Shown here: one piece after another, positions 62,746 to 64,000 of the stretch
Position numbering within the stretch: the first letter of the stretch is position 1
Layout of the letters: every line of letters starts with the position of its first letter
Assembly: GCA_963693365.1 (NCBI GenBank)
Contig: CAVNZM010000004.1
Coordinates: 1,671,449-1,735,448 of the forward strand
Reading direction: 5' to 3'
Source of the DNA: Amoebidium appalachense
Lineage: Eukaryota > Protista > Ichthyosporea
DNA length: 64,000 nt
Position numbers and translations under genes: made by a program
Notes under the pieces: generated by a model
Databases searched by the model: none
What the model was told of the DNA's origin: nothing
The model's input: only the letters and a program-made list of their open reading frames with translations

Positions 62746-62893
62746 TTGAACACACCAAACGGCCGCGCGCACACACACATGCCATGAAGCACAAAAGCGC
62801 ACATAACATGCCAAATACCCACCATGTGCACACAAATCCATACACACGCGCGCGCACACACACACAAACACGCACCCTCTCACACACCCACCT

Positions 62894-62937
<44 letters not shown>

Positions 62938-63547
62938 CACAATCTCACTCTCACACACTTACACACACTCACTCACTTACTCACTTACTCACGAAGACGG
63001 CCTCACTCTATTACCCCTGCCACCCTCCCCTCCCCAGTGTTTCAGATCGTGTATTATACTCCGTAACGTGTTCCTCATTCTAACCCCCCCCCCCCCCCCC
63101 CCCGGGACGGGTTGACCCACCCAAGTTCAGTTGATGCTGCTGTCTGAGTTGGAGCGTCGTATATATGCGGGCTAAGGGGTCGAAACTCAGACGCAATTGA
63201 TGACTTGGGCCCTCCCTGAGGATGGGCTCTGCTTATGACGCATACTGTGCGCATGGCTGATGCTGCATACTTGAATGTTTGCCTTTGCATGTGTCCTGCA
63301 CCATGCTTCTCATCGTGTATGCGTACTTCGTACTGTGTTCCGCATTCAAACCCCCCCCCCCTTCACCCCTCACCTGCTCCTAGTCCCCAGGTGTTACTCT
63401 CACGCGTAGAGAGAAGCTGCACATTGCTCGTCAGCTCTCCCGCCTGGGTGTGTCTGTGTGTGAGGCCGGTTTCCCCATGGCCTCTGAGGGGGATTTTGAC
63501 TCGGTGACTGCCATTGCTGAGGAGGTCGGATCTCTGCTCGTCGGAAG
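61518..63547 (+). CDS. leuA: 2-isopropylmalate synthase, 5' part (exons 61518-61561, 61754-61838, 63384-63547; continues beyond the window)
   Basis: [84 protein letters not shown]: DRE-TIM motif with an Arg/Ser/Ala-rich mitochondrial-type presequence. Confidence 0.9.
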
Positions 63548-64000
63548 GTGTGTGCTTATGTTATTTTGACTTTTCTTTCTCCATCTCCCCCCCTCCCCCC
63601 CCCCTCCCCCCCCAAAAAAAGAGGGGGAGTAGAGGGGGGGGGGGGAAGGGGGAGGATTCAAGTCTCAAGTGTGTGTGTGGGGGGGGGGGGGGGGGGAGGG
63701 GGGGGGAGGGGGGGGGGGGGGGGGGGGGCACAGGATTAAAAGCAGTACTAAAACATCCATATTTTGATTGAGAGGCAGAGAGCATGTTTACATTTCATCC
63801 ATTACATGGGAACATTGTTTCCCGTTGTTTCAACAAGGGCGCCTATCCCTACCCACCATGACACGCATCACACATACACGTACGTGTGCACTGTTTCATC
63901 CGCATGCAACCACAGGTACACGCTCGTGAATGTATGCACGTGCTTGTACGCCTGCCCGTATAGTTTTATGGTACACGTATAAGTGCCCCTGCACCTACCC

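Overview
Repeat-rich, intron-containing eukaryotic DNA. It is saturated with poly-G/poly-C, (CA)n and (CT)n tracts, and most entries in the ORF track are artefacts of these. Host genes recognisable after splicing: a 3-exon ATP-grasp ligase (carnosine-synthase/L-amino-acid-ligase-like, 33364-37354), two near-identical 10-exon SEC13 copies in a ~9.03-kb tandem duplication (42712-60749), and the 5' exons of a bacterial/plant-type 2-isopropylmalate synthase (from 61518). Mobile DNA: an apparently intact two-ORF APE-RT LINE (3285-~7860, minus), a decayed related LINE joined to a tRNA-derived head, a ~125-bp TIR element with 9-10 bp TSDs, a young Ty1/copia element lacking RT, three putative solo LTRs, and a 34-bp-TIR MITE. 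Best leads: (1) a ~30-bp long-range duplex between the LINE 3' end and the start of ORF2; (2) an intronic dispersed repeat carrying all three hammerhead-ribozyme core segments in reversed order, with a compensatory base change; (3) LTR elements that all sit in G/C tracts. The host is probably a non-animal opisthokont such as a unicellular holozoan (inference only). Everything was aligned by eye; no searches were run.
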